From Camelus dromedarius (Eukaryota): DNA of 64,000 nucleotides. Positions 1-13,760 of the stretch are shown piece by piece (position 1 is the first letter of the stretch; every line of letters begins with the position of its first letter). The stretch lies in contig NC_087436.1 in assembly GCF_036321535.1 (NCBI RefSeq), positions 51,214,001 through 51,278,000 of the forward strand, read 5' to 3'. A program made the position numbers and the translations under genes. The notes under the pieces are model-generated. The model searched no databases, was not told where the DNA came from, and saw only the letters and a list, made by a program, of their open reading frames with translations.

Positions 1-1289
1 TCAAATTTCTTTTCTTAAACTGGTGAGCAGATCTTCACAGTGTCACAGTGACATTGTTAAGAGGGAGTGAAGTCCTGGAACCCTTACCCCTGTATGGTTC
101 TCACCCCTCACTCTCCACATGCAAAGCAGAGATGACCTCTGTTTTTCTGAACCACTGGAGTGTAGACCAGGGTTGGTTGCCTCTTCGGAGAACCCGCTTC
201 GCTCTCTAACCCGCTGTCACTCACTTTCTTCTCTGCTGGGAGGTTGCTCATTTCTTCACATCCCCACAGTGGTCCTAACTGCCTCTTCTGTCACGGTGGC
301 TGCAGTTGCTCCTGTCATCAGTCATCCCTTGCTTCTTAGCATTTTTCCTGAGTTTCTTGCCTTAAAGAGGGTTGCGTTCCTAGATCTCTGAGGATCAGAG
401 AGCATACCCTCATCTTTTGCAGGGCCAGTCAGTCAGTCGCTTGTAATACCTTGGCTGGGCTCTTCTATATTTCAGTTCTTTCACATAATTCATGTCAAAT
501 GGTAATTACCCCACAGGCAGCTGCTGCATGGGGTGGGTTCCTCTACTGCACCTCGTCCTACCCCTGTTTCCTCATCTGAATTATTCTGGAAGATGATGCT
601 GAGCAGGGTAGATATTTCTGATTTTGGGGAACACGATATTGCAGAAGCCCGGCAACAAATTTCTCCAACTTACATTAAAACTTAACCAATTTCCTGGTGC
701 CTTCTGACTCCCTTTGAGAGACTTCTCAGTAACAATGAGAGTTGCCTGGGCTGGGGAGTACATTATGCAAGCTTTTTATGAGAAATGATACCCTGCTTCC
801 CGAATGTATCAGAGCATTAATGCCTTCCTCATCTGTAGTAACAGTAGGCATCCTTTCAGAGTGGCATAAGTAGTCCATTAGGATAACTGTAGATACTTAA
901 TTAGGATATACTTCAAATTCCATTGGCAAAATGGTCGCATACTTTCTTGAAAACCCCTCGGATTTCTCCTAAATTATTTTTTTAAGACAGTCAAATGATA
1001 TGGTCCCAAACTAAAAATGCAAGACAGTTTCAACTCCTGAAGATTTAAACAACTTCACTCACATTTCACAGAAGAGATAGAAGGAAAGGAAAGAATTTTC
1101 AAGGTTTCTGGAAACTTTTATTTTCTTGCTAATGGTTCTTTTCATTGGCAAAGAGAGTTTTGAAAATAGTTACGAAGTTTTCCTGAAACCAAATGTCTAG
1201 AGACTAAATGCATTTGAATTATATTTGGTTATATCATTAAAAATAAGTTTAATTTCTCCTTTCTCCTATGAAGCTTGATTTTGGTTGTA

Positions 1290-2620
1290 GTTAGGTGAGA
1301 CTGACTTTTCAGGGCTAGAGGAAGGACAAAGATACCGCCTTATGTTGGGAAGGATCCAGTGTAATCATCCTGCTGCAACATATGGCCAACTGGACCATCT
1401 TGACCCTTTGGGCAATGATGTCTTTTGGGGGGCTCAGGATTGACCTTGGCTTTTGACAGGTTGGGGCTTCTTCAGTGTTGATAAGCCAGATCACCCTTGG
1501 TAGAAAAAGAGAATCCTGAATCCATGAATAGTCTCCATCCCCACTCCTCTGACCTCTTTGTATATGGGCCATTAAGCAAACATTGGGATGGCTAATGAAA
1601 GACACCAAGTGACATTTATAGTTGGGTCTTCTTGCTTCCTTTGTTATTGAGGTATCCTTGGTGATAGCTTCTTATGGAACTTAATGGAACAGAGTTATCT
1701 TCACACTCTGTGCCTTTTGACATGTGATCCATTTGTGTATTTTTTCCCAGATCTCTTTTCTACCAATTTCTAATTTTGTTTTTTGGAAGTCTCTGACCAT
1801 CTGGCTGACTTTTTTAGCACCCATTCATGAGTTAGTGTAGATGTATATCTCAGGCCATCACTTCTACGTGAAGTTCAACACTACACTCAAACGTTCTGCC
1901 CCCCTGGATGATTTATCTTTATCATTATGCTTTAAGTTCACTGTGAGTAGGATTGTATAGCGGGCTGGTGCTGTTCACAGCTGGCTGTGGGAAGCTCCCC
2001 ATGAAGCCTTATTATTGTTGAGGGAAAAGAGATGAAGTATTAGGTTTAGATTATGGGAGTCTAAATCAACTGCCATAGCAGTTTGTTTGTGTCTTTAAGA
2101 CTGGTGCAGGCTTGTTCTTGTATGTACAACCTAATGATGGAATGATGTGAGCAGCTGGTTTTATAGCTTGCTGGATCAGATAACATCCAGTTCATGTTGG
2201 GCATGGTCTCACAGTCACTTATGTCCCAGAGGCACAAGGTAAGTCTCTACAAGGACCTAGAAACAAGCAAGAAACTGCTTTTGAGATAAAGAATAGTTAA
2301 TGACTAAAGAAGGCATGGCTTTACTCTAACATCTTAGAGGTCTGCACTGTGATTCTCCGATCAGGGCTTGCCAGGGGAGCATCTCTGTCTGCCAAGCTCT
2401 CCCAGTTCCACTAGGACTGCTGGGTCACAAGGACCAAGTGGCAGGAAAGCTTGCAATACAGCATAGATCTTGTAGAGCCCTTTCATGTTCTGCGCTTCAC
2501 TGAAAAATGCAGCCCACCTGTGGGTAACCAATGTCCATTTCCCCATACTTTGAATACATGAAAAACCAATTAAATTCCATTTTTGGAGTCTGTTTTCTAT
2601 GACCATTTCCAGCACAAATG
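1290..2620 (-). mobile_element. Decayed ERV-L (class III endogenous retrovirus) pol fragment, RT/RNaseH to integrase region
   Basis: Minus ORF 2361-2615 contains YAVLQAFLPLGPCDPAVLVEL, resembling ERV-L pol QAAVQAALPLGPYDP. Minus ORF 1315-1608 contains AHIQRGQRSGDGDYSWIQ...EAPTCQKPRSILSP, resembling the ERV-L integrase N-terminus AHEQSGHGGRDGGYAWAQ...ECPICQQQRPTLSP. Order on the minus strand is correct. Consensus recalled, not searched. Confidence 0.8.
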
Positions 2621-2625
2621 ACCCC

Positions 2626-3062
2626 TATCAGTTATGATCCCAATAGGAAACAGATAGATCACTCAGATTGGAATAATTTCAGGAAGATTTATTTATAAGG
2701 TGTGAGTAGGGTATAAAAGTAGTGCATGAACGGGGGAGCAGTAATGACAAAGTTGTTACCAACCCTGGACCAAAGATGGAGAGGAGGGAGCAGTTACTAG
2801 AACCTGGGAAGAGAGTTAGTTTCTTGAGAAGAGCTATGTTCTCCGTTTGAAGGTCACTGACAGCTTAAGGTGATCGCTCAGAGGGGTGTCAGAGGAATAA
2901 ACACTCTGCCTTCTCCCTCCTTTCTCCCCTGAAATCCCCCTAGGGTCCATCTCAAGTGGAAACCAGAGGACAAGAAGCCTGTAGAGGTGGCCCATTCAGG
3001 ACAGAGAGCAGGGCGAGAGGCTGGAGAGTCATTCTGAAAGGGCAGATGGGAGTCAGTTAGCA
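2626..3062. mobile_element. Old LTR fragment (MaLR/ERV-L type)
   Basis: Resembles old MLT-type LTR sequence by recall (caataggaaacagatagatcactcagattgg...). Boundaries approximate. Confidence 0.4.
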
Positions 3063-3204
3063 TAGACTTGAAGTTTGAATCTTGGATGTTCTGTTTTGGA
3101 TGAATGCCGACAACATGGAGATTCTTGTGTTTATATTTCTGTCCTTGATTCTGAGCACAGTCCCCACCTGCTGTAAAATAGGTGTTCAGTAAATTGTTAA
3201 GGAG

Positions 3205-3392
3205 CCTAATCCCAGCACCTCCTGTGTGATGACACTGAGCAAGTCATTTATATTCTTGGGTTGTCATTCTCCTCATCTCTAAAATTAGGGTGCCAATAAT
3301 TGTTCTGTTTTACTCATGAGGATGTTACAAAGGTCAAGAGAAAATGAAGGCACCAACATATGGAAGTGCTTTGTAAACTGTGAAATGCTGTA
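3205..3392 (+). mobile_element. MIR SINE fragment
   Basis: MIR core-like text: gagcaagtcattta...ctcctcatctctaaaat...gtgctttgtaaactgt. Confidence 0.6.
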
Positions 3393-3594
3393 TATGCAAG
3401 ATAGTACTTTACATCTTAAAGATTCCTTTCTTCCTATACCCAGCCATTTACCAGATTCATATAAACTTACTATCTCAGATTGCATGCTTTTCACAGTGAA
3501 TTTGACCTTCTGGATAATTAATCTCCTGACTCTTTCATATACCTTGAACTCCAGTAGTTGAATGTTCAATATCTTTCTTCAAGAGTCTGTTTAT

Positions 3595-3772
3595 GGGGGG
3601 AGGGTATAGCTCAGTGGTAGAGTGTGTGCTTGGCATGCACAAGGTCCTGCGTTCAATCCCCAGTACCTCCATCAAATAAATAAATAAAATGAACTTAATG
3701 ACCTCCATCCCTCCCCCAAAATATAAATAAATAAATAAATAGTTGGACCAAAAAAAAAAAATTAAAAAAAAA
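3595..3772 (+). mobile_element. tRNA-derived SINE (camelid vic-1-like)
   Basis: A box tagctcagtggtag and B box gttcaatccc, then an AT-rich body and poly(A) tail. Only a partial flanking repeat (aagagt). Confidence 0.85.
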
Positions 3773-4199
3773 GAGTATATGCCCAAGCTCAAGCATCCTT
3801 GTTAAAAGTTCTTCTTTTTTCTCTGAACAAATCACTGTATCCTCTCACTTTTCTAAAACTCTTTTCTGGTAAATTTATTTTTTTCCCCCTTTTCTCCAAT
3901 AATCTTGATCAGTATGCTTTTGAATTTGTTTAAGGATCATATATGAGAAATCTTTATCTTGCCCATTTGTCTCTTAGGCAGTTTTTGTTTTTCTTCCTTA
4001 TAACAATGCTGCGTTCATCTGCACTTTGTTAGATAAAAATCATCCGTGTGACACAATAATAAGCATTCATGGGGCACTCGGCAGTTTATAAACATCTCAT
4101 TTTATCATCACAACAGTCCTTTGAAGTTGATAGTGTTACTTTCTCCATTCTACAGATAAAGGATCTGAAGTCAGATTCCAAGTAACTTTTTTTTAAAGG

Positions 4200-4202
<3 letters not shown>

Positions 4203-4237
<35 letters not shown>

Positions 4238-5665
4238 AAGAGCAGTTTTAGGTTCATAGCAAAACTGAGAGGAAAGTTTGGAGATTTTCCACGTACTCCT
4301 GCCCTCAACATGAGTAGCCATCCCCAGTATCAACATCCCCCACCATGCCAGCACACTTGTGGCAACTGATGAACCTACACTGACACATCATAATCAAAGT
4401 CCGTAATTTAGAGTTCACTCTTGGTGTTGTACATTCCGTGGGTCTGGACAAGTGTGTAATGACATGTTTCTATCACTGTAGTATCATATAGGCTAAGTTC
4501 ATGCCCTAAAAATTCTCTGTGCTCCACCTGCTCATCCCTCTCCATTCCTCCAACCCCTGGCAACCACTGATTTTTTTTATTGTCTCCGTAGTTTGGCCTT
4601 TTTCAGAATGTCATATAGTTGGAATCATAGAGTAGGTAGCCTTCTCAGATTGTCTTCTTTCAGTTAGTAACATGCATTTAAGATTCATCCATGTCTTTTC
4701 ATGGCTTGACTGCTCTTTTTTTTTTTTTTTTTGATGTGGGGACAATATTCCATTATCTGGATGTACCAGTTTATTTATCCACTCACCTAATGAAAGGTAT
4801 CTTGGTTGCTTCCAAGTTTTGGCAGTTAGGAATAAAGGTGCTATAAACATCTGTGTACAGGTTTTGGTGTGGACACAGTCTTCAACTTCTTTGGATAAAT
4901 ACCAAGGAGCTCAGTTGGTGGTTCATATGGGAAGTGTATTTTCAGTTTTGTAGGAAACTGCCAAACTGTCTTCCAAAGTGGTTGTACCATTTTGTATTCC
5001 CACTAGCAATGAATGAGAGTTCTTTTTCTCCATATCCTTACCAATATTTGGTATTGTAGTATTCCTGGATTTGGCCATTATAATAGATGTGTAGTGTTAT
5101 CTTGTTTTAATTTGCATTTCTCTGATGACATATGACGTGGAGCACCTTTTCATATGCTTATTTGCCATGTGTATATCTTCTTTGGTGAAGTGTCTGTTCA
5201 GGTCTTTGGCCCATTTTTTATTCAGGTTGTTTGTTTTCTTATTGTTTAGTTTAAAAAGGTTTTTTAAATATTTTACTTAATAGTCCTTTATCAGATATGT
5301 GTTTTGTAAATATTTTCTCACAGTCTATGGCTTGTCTTCTTATTCTATTGATACTGCCTTTTGCAAAGCAGAAGTTTCTAATTTTAATAAAGTCTAGGCT
5401 CTCAATTATTTATTTCATGGATTGTGCTTTTGGTGTCATATTTAAAAGGTCATAGCCATACTCAGAGTTTTCTAGATTTTTTCCTTATGTTATCTTCTTG
5501 GGGTTTTAGAGTTTTGCATTTACATTTAGGTCTATGATCCATTTTGAGTTCATTTTTTTGTGAAGGATGTCAAATCTATATTGAGATTTCTGTCTTTCTT
5601 TCTTTGCATATCCACTTCTTCCAGAACAATTTGGTGAAAATACTGCCTTTTCTCCATTGTATTGC
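4203..5665 (-). mobile_element. Old L1 (L1M-type), 3' end plus ORF2 C-terminus, 5'-truncated
   Basis: Poly(T) at 4203-4230; minus ORF 4611-4850 MFIAPLFLTAKTWKQPRYLSLGEWINKL matches the L1 ORF2p C-terminus. Confidence 0.9.
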
Positions 5666-5669
5666 TTTT

Positions 5670-6440
5670 TGTTGTTTACAGTGTTGGGTCAATTTCTGGG
5701 GTACAGCATATAGTTCAGTCATACATATACATACATATATTCATTTTCATATTCTTTTTCATTATAGTTCACTACAAGATATTGACTATGGTTCCCTGTG
5801 CTAGACAGTATAAACTTGTTGTTTATCTATTTTATTCATAGTAGTTAATATCTAAAAATCTCAAACTCCCTTTATCCCTTTCCACCCCTTTCCCCCTTGG
5901 TAACCATGAGTTTGTTTTCTCTGTCTGTGAGTCTGTTTCTATTTTGTAAATAAGTTCATTTGCCTTTTTTTTAAGATTCCACATGTAAGTGATATCATAT
6001 GGTATTTTTCTTCCTCTTTCTGGCTTACTTCACTTAGAATGACAATTTCTGGGTCCATCCATGTTGCTGCAAATGGCATTATTTTATTCTTTTTTATGAT
6101 TGAGTAGTATTCCATTGTATAAATATACCACAACTTCTCTATCCAGTCATCTGTCGATGGATATTTAGGTTGTTTCCATGTCTTGGCTATTGTAAATAGT
6201 GCTACTATGAACATTGGGCTGCACGTATCTTTTTAAATTAGAGTTCCCTCCTTATATATGCCCAAAAGTGTGATTTCTGGATCATATGTTAAGTCTACTT
6301 TTAGTTTTTAGAGGAATCTCCCATACTGTTTTCCATAATGGCTACACCAAACTACATTCCCACCAACAGTGTAGGGGAGTTCCCTTTTCTCCACATTTAT
6401 CATTTGTGGATTTTTAATGATGGCCATTCTGACTGGTGTA
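5670..6440 (-). mobile_element. Younger L1, 3' end plus ORF2 C-terminus
   Basis: Minus ORF 5939-6214 MFIVALFTIAKTWKQPKYPSTDDWIEKLWYIYTMEYYS is the L1 ORF2p C-terminus; the 3' UTR matches other young L1 ends in this window. Confidence 0.9.
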
Positions 6441-6814
6441 GTATTTTGTTTTCTGAGTATTGAAATAATATATAGTAAGTGCAAACAAAATACAGAATAC
6501 CCATAAAAGATAAAAGGAAAAAAAATATAAGGATTATTCACAGTACTGTCTTCCAGGGAGAACCACGATTAGCATTTTTGTATCTTTACAAAAACATTTG
6601 TGCTTAGACCATCATAGAATTATAATAATAAATTTTACAAAATGGTGCCACAGACATGCTGTTTTATATAGATATATTTTACTTCAAGGCTGTGTTTTGG
6701 ATATACTTACATGTGGAAAGATATAGCTATTCATCATCTCTGCTCTGCACAGTATTTCACAGCAGGTGTAAGTCATATTTGTATGATCCATATCCTACTG
6801 CAGGATAGGCAAGT

Positions 6815-7090
6815 CTTTTCTTTTTCTTTCCTCATCTCCTCCTTTTCCTTGCCCTCCTTGTTTTTCTCCACCTCATTTCTAACCTTCTCCTCACCCTTCT
6901 TATCTTACTCTTGGTTTTTCGTCCTCCTCCTCCCACCTCATGTCACTCCTCCTCCTTATCTTCCTCTAGTCCCATCTCCTCCATTTGATCTTCCTCCTTC
7001 TTTGCTTAAACTGTTCTGCAATAAGTTCACTTGCTTTCTTCATTTGATTTCTTAGTACTTTTTTTTTCCTTTTCCTTCTTCCCCTCTGTA
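6815..7090. repeat. Pyrimidine-rich (CT) low-complexity tract
   Basis: About 270 bp dominated by C/T on the + strand. Confidence 0.8.
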
Positions 7091-8044
7091 TTTATGTTGG
7101 GATTCTACTTAGTCCCCCCCCCCAACTCTTATGACTTTGGTCCATGACATTCTTTCTCCCTCCATTCCAACTACTTTGCACTTTGCTTTCTTTGACTTTC
7201 ATTTTCATTAATAAGGTGAGAAATGTTAAGAGCCTGGCTGATGATTGCATAGTAATTCCTGTCAGAGCCAACGTAGCACTCAGTTCTGGATTCCAGACTG
7301 ATGGTCTTTTCACTCGATCGAGTTGCCTTATCATGTTGAGGTTGGAAACAGCCTCATATTTAGTGTACAAGTCAGACAAGGAAGCAAGCAAGCAAGCAAC
7401 AACAGAGGAAAATAAAAAAGAAAGGGAAAGAGAATACTCCCTAATTTGGCTAGAGGGACTTCATTGTTCTTTCTGCTCGGTGACTTTGTTCCAGGTGAAT
7501 TAAAAAAGGACTGTTTGTGAATGGTTGCCGACATTGATTTTTTCCAAGACTATTAAAATTGTGTTAACTGTTAACCTACCCAACAGTGTCATTTGAGACC
7601 TAAGCTTACAGAGCTAAAAGAAAGCATAATAAACAGAGTGAATAATATCTGTACTCAGAGGTAAGAGAACCATGCCTGATATATTAATTTAATTTCTTTT
7701 TCAGAATTAGAAGAGTTTGTATACAGACTCTGTACAAAATGCCATGCAGTCAAGACTTGGGCTTGTAATCTTTCCCCCAAATCATCACAAGTAAATAAGG
7801 AAATTATTAACTATGTGGTTAGGTAAACCGAGTTAGAAGAGAACACCTGGTCTTACCGGGGTGTCTTGGCAGTAAGTTTTTACAACGCCAAGGTCACTTC
7901 ATTTATGGCTTTTCTCATGACCACCTTTGTTTTTCCTTTAGCAGTCACTGCTTCCTCATCCGGGGCATTTCTTAGTCAAGCCACCCATTTGACATTTACC
8001 AAATCACGGCTGTTCATTATGCTGTGCATTTAAAATCTACCAAT

Positions 8045-8376
8045 TATTAAATTAATTAAACAAGGAGGAAATTAGACTGAAGTGTCTTTAATGCCGTATA
8101 TAAACAAACCAAAATTTAAGCTGGTAGATGCCTCAAGGTTTTGAAATCGAAACCTAAGGGCAATCCATTGCGAGCAGCCACGTAAGCTGTAACTGTAGCC
8201 AGTCAATAGTCTGCTTGCTCTGCTCTGCCTTTTCTCTGGGAAAGTCTCTCCCTGAGCTACCTGTCTGTGGAGTGCTCCTCACCACTTCCGAGTTGATGCT
8301 GCCAGATGGGAACTGATTCTTGTTCAAATAAAACTCTTAAACTTTTAAAAAAATTGCCTCAGTTTATGTTTTAACA
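8045..8376 (+). mobile_element. Probable solo LTR (ERV1-like)
   Basis: Begins tattaa (degenerate TGTTAA), ends ttaaca, with an internal AATAAA about 45 bp before the end. No TSD seen. Confidence 0.55.
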
Positions 8377-8639
8377 CTTTATAGCAAGACCACTTTTTAA
8401 GATTAGATGGAATTCTTTTTATGCTAATGAGAATTGCCTTTAAAAAAAAAAAAAAAGGAGATTAAACACTTATTCCAACGTTACTTCAAGTTTTTATAAG
8501 AGTTTTGAGAGGAGGGAGTGTTCTGCTTGGGAACTGCCTTCAGATCTTATCACAAACACAAACAGGAAGTGTTCCCCTCCCCCTACCATAAATTTGAAGT
8601 AAGAGGACGCTTACTAGAAAAAGCCCACTTCTCTCTTTT

Positions 8640-8800
8640 GCATCCCTGGTAAGTTCACTGGCCTTTCTGTGCTTTAGTGTCTTCAACCATAAAATGATGG
8701 TTATAGTACTACTTTGCTCCTAGAATTGTTCTCGAGGAATTAGATAGCTAGAGTGCTTAGAACAGTGCCTGGCACATAATAAATACCACGCTTTGCTATT
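8640..8800 (+). mobile_element. MIR SINE fragment
   Basis: Ends with gtgcttagaacagtgcctggcacata, the MIR 3' end. Confidence 0.75.
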
Positions 8801-10157
8801 ACTATTTCTACCATTACTACGGCAAATACTAACAATGCTCCCTCCTTGCATAGTCATGTAAGAATTTCTTGGCTCCAGATGACTTCTGGCTGTGTCTACA
8901 AACAAAAAACATCCCTCAAAAATAAAGATTTGCCACTAATGAAACAGTGAAAAGATGTATGGCAAGATCTAAATCAGTTCTGAAAAAACAGTCCCCAGAG
9001 TGTTTTGAGCAATGAGTTGGCAACAGAATAAATGTACAACCTCTCAGACAATTGTTTTGAAGGAACCCTTCTCAGCCGATGTATATTGCACATTTTTTAA
9101 AGTTAGTCATATACTCTGCATCTTGTTTCTCCGAGGTAAAAACACTTCTTGAAGAGAGAGGCAGTATTTTCCACTTCCGTGAACTTTTCATAGCATACAG
9201 CACACTACTGTACAAACTGCAGATATTCAATAAATATGTTGATTAGCTGCCGAGGTAGAGTTGAGAGGAAGAGAATTAAGAATAAAATGTTCTCCAGTTA
9301 ATTGCAAATTGCTTCCCTACTTAAAAATGGATTTGCACTTTATTATATTTTTCTACAGTTCCTGGAAAATGCTTCCATCGGCATTTGTCATTATACAATC
9401 TTGTAAATTTTATGGAAAGTTAAATTCTTACAAAAGGTCCATTGTAGGATTTTCCCCTTTTGTTACAGTTTCAAAATAGAAGGAAGTGTTGGTGTAAAAG
9501 GCAAGCCTATTCTGATCACACTTCGTCGAATTTGTTAAGGGAATCGTTGAAATTTAGAGCTCATAGGGACCACGTGGTTGTAGCCTAAACACCCCACACA
9601 CTACCTGGAACACAGTGAAAAATTAATCAGTCACTGGAAAAATGAATCATTAAAAAAAAGAAGAACAAATGACTCATCTAGTACATTCTCTTCACTTTGC
9701 AGTTGAAACTGAAGCCCAATCACTTGCTCATAGTCACACAGCGGCATAGGGTGGATTGGAATGAATGTTCCTTGATGCCATCAGGCTTTAAGTGTAGACT
9801 TCACATGTATGTTGTCAACATAGAAAAGACTCTAAATTTCGTCTTTGAAAAACTTCTTTTATTTTAAAGTATGTGAATAAATCACACTCTTAGGTTAATC
9901 TCTCTTACATTTTAGGAAGGTAGTAAGAATTTTTTCTTAAAAGTCAAGAGGATTGTTTGAAGGAGAAATCAAAAATGTGGTTTGTTCAAGGCCTCTCAAT
10001 CTGTTGATTTCCTTCCTTCTTACCGTAAGTCTTTTCTGTGTTATAGACGATTTAGGGGTTCCTATCCACCATAAAGGACTTTGTTGGAAAAATGTCTCTC
10101 TCAATGCATAATACATCTCCTACTTCTCTGTATCTCTTAGACTTTCAAGAAATGTTG

Positions 10158-10209
10158 AGACTATATTCAATACCTTGTAATAGCCTATAATGAAAAAGAA
10201 TATGAAAGG

Positions 10210-10274
<65 letters not shown>

Positions 10275-10353
10275 CATGTCTATAACTGAATCACAGTGTT
10301 GTGTACCAGCAACTAACACAACGTTGTAAGTTGACTATACCTCAATTAAAAAA
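10158..10353 (+). mobile_element. 5'-truncated young L1 3' end containing a (TA)n microsatellite
   Basis: L1 3' terminus ...acaacgttgtaagttgactatacctcaattaaaa; flanking direct repeat aaatgttg (10150-10157 and 10354-10361). Confidence 0.85.
10212..10270. repeat. (AT)n microsatellite, about 29 units
   Basis: Perfect dinucleotide run read directly. Confidence 0.98.
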
Positions 10354-10387
10354 AAATGTTGGTTATCCTGGTTATCCTGTTGACTGA

Positions 10388-10681
<294 letters not shown>

Positions 10682-10798
10682 TGATACACTCTTAGAAGTC
10701 CTGCTGGTGCCTCAGAAGGAAGGAACCCTTTTCAGACATTGGTGATTATCGTTTATCATGTCCAAAAATAGAAAAAAAAAAAAACCCTATTCACTTGA

Positions 10799-11068
<270 letters not shown>

Positions 11069-11182
11069 TGACTAAGGGCAACTTTCTGCTTTCCGTACTG
11101 TGGAGGGCTTTTCTATTATAATTTAAAGTATTCTTGGTCCAACAGTTAACTCTTTTTGAGTAGTTTGTACTAATAGTGATTG

Positions 11183-11380
11183 CCTTTATTTATTTATTTC
11201 TTTTTTTTAATTGAAGCATAGTCAGTTTACAGTATTGTGAAACTTATATAACTGTGCCTTTATTTTTGGGGGGGGGAAGTAATTAAGTTTATTTATTTTT
11301 TTAATGGAGGTACTGGGGATTGAACCCAGGATCTCGTACATGGTAAGCACGCACTCTACCACTGAGCTCTACCCTCCCCC
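11183..11380 (-). mobile_element. vic-1-like SINE with a tiny L1 3' fragment nested in its tail
   Basis: Reverse-strand A and B boxes (ggggattgaaccc, ctctaccactgagct). TSD ttgtactaatagtg at 11165-11178 and 11381-11394. Confidence 0.85.
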
Positions 11381-11464
11381 TTGTACTAATAGTGGTTGGA
11401 AGGTGAGTCTCATTGACTCTTTGATCTATGATCTCATTAGTAGAGGGTGAAATGACCTATTTTT

Positions 11465-12196
11465 TTTTATACTTAAATCTTTTTTTTTAATTTTAATTTT
11501 TTGTTGAAGTATAGGTGATTTACAATATTTCAGGTGTACAGCAAAATGATTCAGTTATACATATATATACAAATACATATTTTTTCAAGTTCTTTTCCAT
11601 TATGGGTTATTACAAGATATTGAATATAGTTCCCTGTGCTACACAGTAGGTCCTTGTTATTTATCTATACTTAAATCTTGAAATCTTCCTTTATGACTTT
11701 TGGGTTTCCCATATTAAGGCTTCCTATACGTGAAGGTTACTCATATATTTTCCTAAACTACGTTTCTAATATTAATATCAATATAATTCATTGCATCAGT
11801 AAAGAAAAGATATCCTAGGATTAGATTAATCAATGCCCAAAAATGCTGACAAAATTCAGTAGCCATCCCTAATATAAATTCTAAGTAAATAGTAACAGAA
11901 TGAAATGACAAAATCTATTTATATACACACACTCACATATAAACAAATCCATACACCAGGTAAACATCATATTGAATGGTAAAATACTGAAGCCTTGACA
12001 TTTAAATCAGGAACGCTATTATTCAACACTACTTTTGGTTTTCCAGATAGTACAATAAGATAAGAAAATAAGTGGAGGAAGAGAAGGTGTTTTAATAGAC
12101 ATAATAGCTAATAATCTATTCAAATTCATGAAAAATTTAATAGGGAGACTGGATATAAGAAATATACCTAAAATAGCTTTTATTTATAATATAATA
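11465..12196 (-). mobile_element. TSD-flanked insertion made of highly decayed L1-like sequence
   Basis: Perfect 16-bp direct repeat gaaatgacctattttt at 11449-11464 and 12197-12212, with a T-run at the left junction. Confidence 0.65.
11482..11665 (-). mobile_element. Young L1 3' end nested in the previous insertion
   Basis: Perfect 14-bp TSD tatacttaaatctt at 11468-11481 and 11666-11679; poly(T) plus ttgaagtataggtgatttacaa. Confidence 0.9.
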
Positions 12197-13304
12197 GAAA
12201 TGACCTATTTTTGCTGAAGTGGAGGTACTTCCTCAGGTATTTTGCCTTGTGTTCTACAATCGTATGTCCCTCTAGGACTTTTCAGCCCTCTTCTGTGAGG
12301 ATATCACATTTGGAAGGGAATAGCCTGTTGAAGGAAATAGCATTTTGTTAATTTCAAAGTCCTAAACAGTGAGATCCTTTTGGGCTAAACTAAAACTAGT
12401 AAATTGAAATTGGAGGCTATTTACTTGGATCAGTATATGTTTGTATGTATGTTTGTGTCTATGCTGTGTCTTTATTTCTGTGTGTGGTGTGTGTGTGTGT
12501 GTGTAAGAGAGAGAATGTCCTGTGCATTTTCAAGTAAATCATGGACAGCTTTCAAAAAAATGAAAAATGTGCTAAGTTTATGCAAATCAAAGAATGTTTC
12601 CTTTGCATTTGGAACTGAATATGTATTACAGACATAATTCAATAATTTAATTTTCTTCATCTGCATTCAGAGCTCCAAGTGATAACTGTCCATCTCTGTT
12701 CATTGTTCTGTGCAAACACTTACAAGGGCAGAAATTTCATCTCTAAGAACCATTACTGCATTTATGCTTTTCTTCACAGAATTAATGCCTCATAGTTCAT
12801 TTATGCTAGGTCATCACTTCTCCATTCTCTGGTTTTAAGAACAGAGTCTATCTAGTTTAAAGAAATCGTGCTAATATATGATACTGCATGTACTTACAGC
12901 GGTTTTACTTTTTTCAGAATGGTTTGACAACTTTCACCCATTTTATCATAGCAACAATTTTCTTAAATCAGGCACATGGATTGACTGAACTCTGGAGATC
13001 TCTCAGATGCTCTGGCACAGTGCACCACTGTTTACATATAAGTAAATCATTTTGAAATATGTCTTGAAAAGATGGCATTCACAGATCTCACGGAGCCTTT
13101 TCAGTAGAAGTTATATGCTGAGAAAGGGTCAATTTTTAAAACTTGGGGGTTTTAATTGCTTTCGCTGCAATGAGATTGTTATAGTCTAAATCCTAGAAGA
13201 GTGCACAATTTATATAAAACCTCATGATTTTGTGAGAGGTAGAGAAAGCAAAAGAAAACACATTGAAGAGGACGGGAATTAAATATATAGTTATTTCTGA
13301 AAGT

Positions 13305-13760
13305 TTATTTAGTCAGCTACTATTGATTGATATTTCTGTACCAGGCCTGGACATTGGTAAGGTACTGTGGACCCCAGAGTGAGCAATAAGGCACAATCCC
13401 TGCATCCCTGGGGCTTCCGTCTGCAAGGAGGGGAACCTGAAATTCAGCACACAAACAAAATCACACACATGGTGACATAATTACAAAAAATCTGTGACAT
13501 GAAAGGAAAAGCAATATGTATGATGATAGATGATAACAGGGAATCTAATGCAACTTAGGAGGGGCTCAGAGAAGCCTTTCTGGGAAATGATGATTTATGC
13601 TGAAACCTCAAAGACTTACTTAGCTCATTGAAAAACTTGAGGGAGAAGAGTTCAGATAGAGATTTTGGTGGGCGTGAAGATTTTGAGGATGGAAAGAGAC
13701 TGGATGCATTTAAGGTCCTAAAAGAATGGTGTGGATGGAGCAGAGAGAGCAAAGAAGAAG
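13305..13760 (-). mobile_element. L2 LINE fragment
   Basis: Resembles an antisense L2 3' region by recall; followed by a GA-rich tract at about 13768-13832. Confidence 0.55.

Noticed and set aside
3595..3670. tRNA-like sequence with A and B boxes
   Set aside because: It continues into an AT-rich body and poly(A) tail and recurs four times, three with TSDs, so it is a SINE head, not a tRNA gene.
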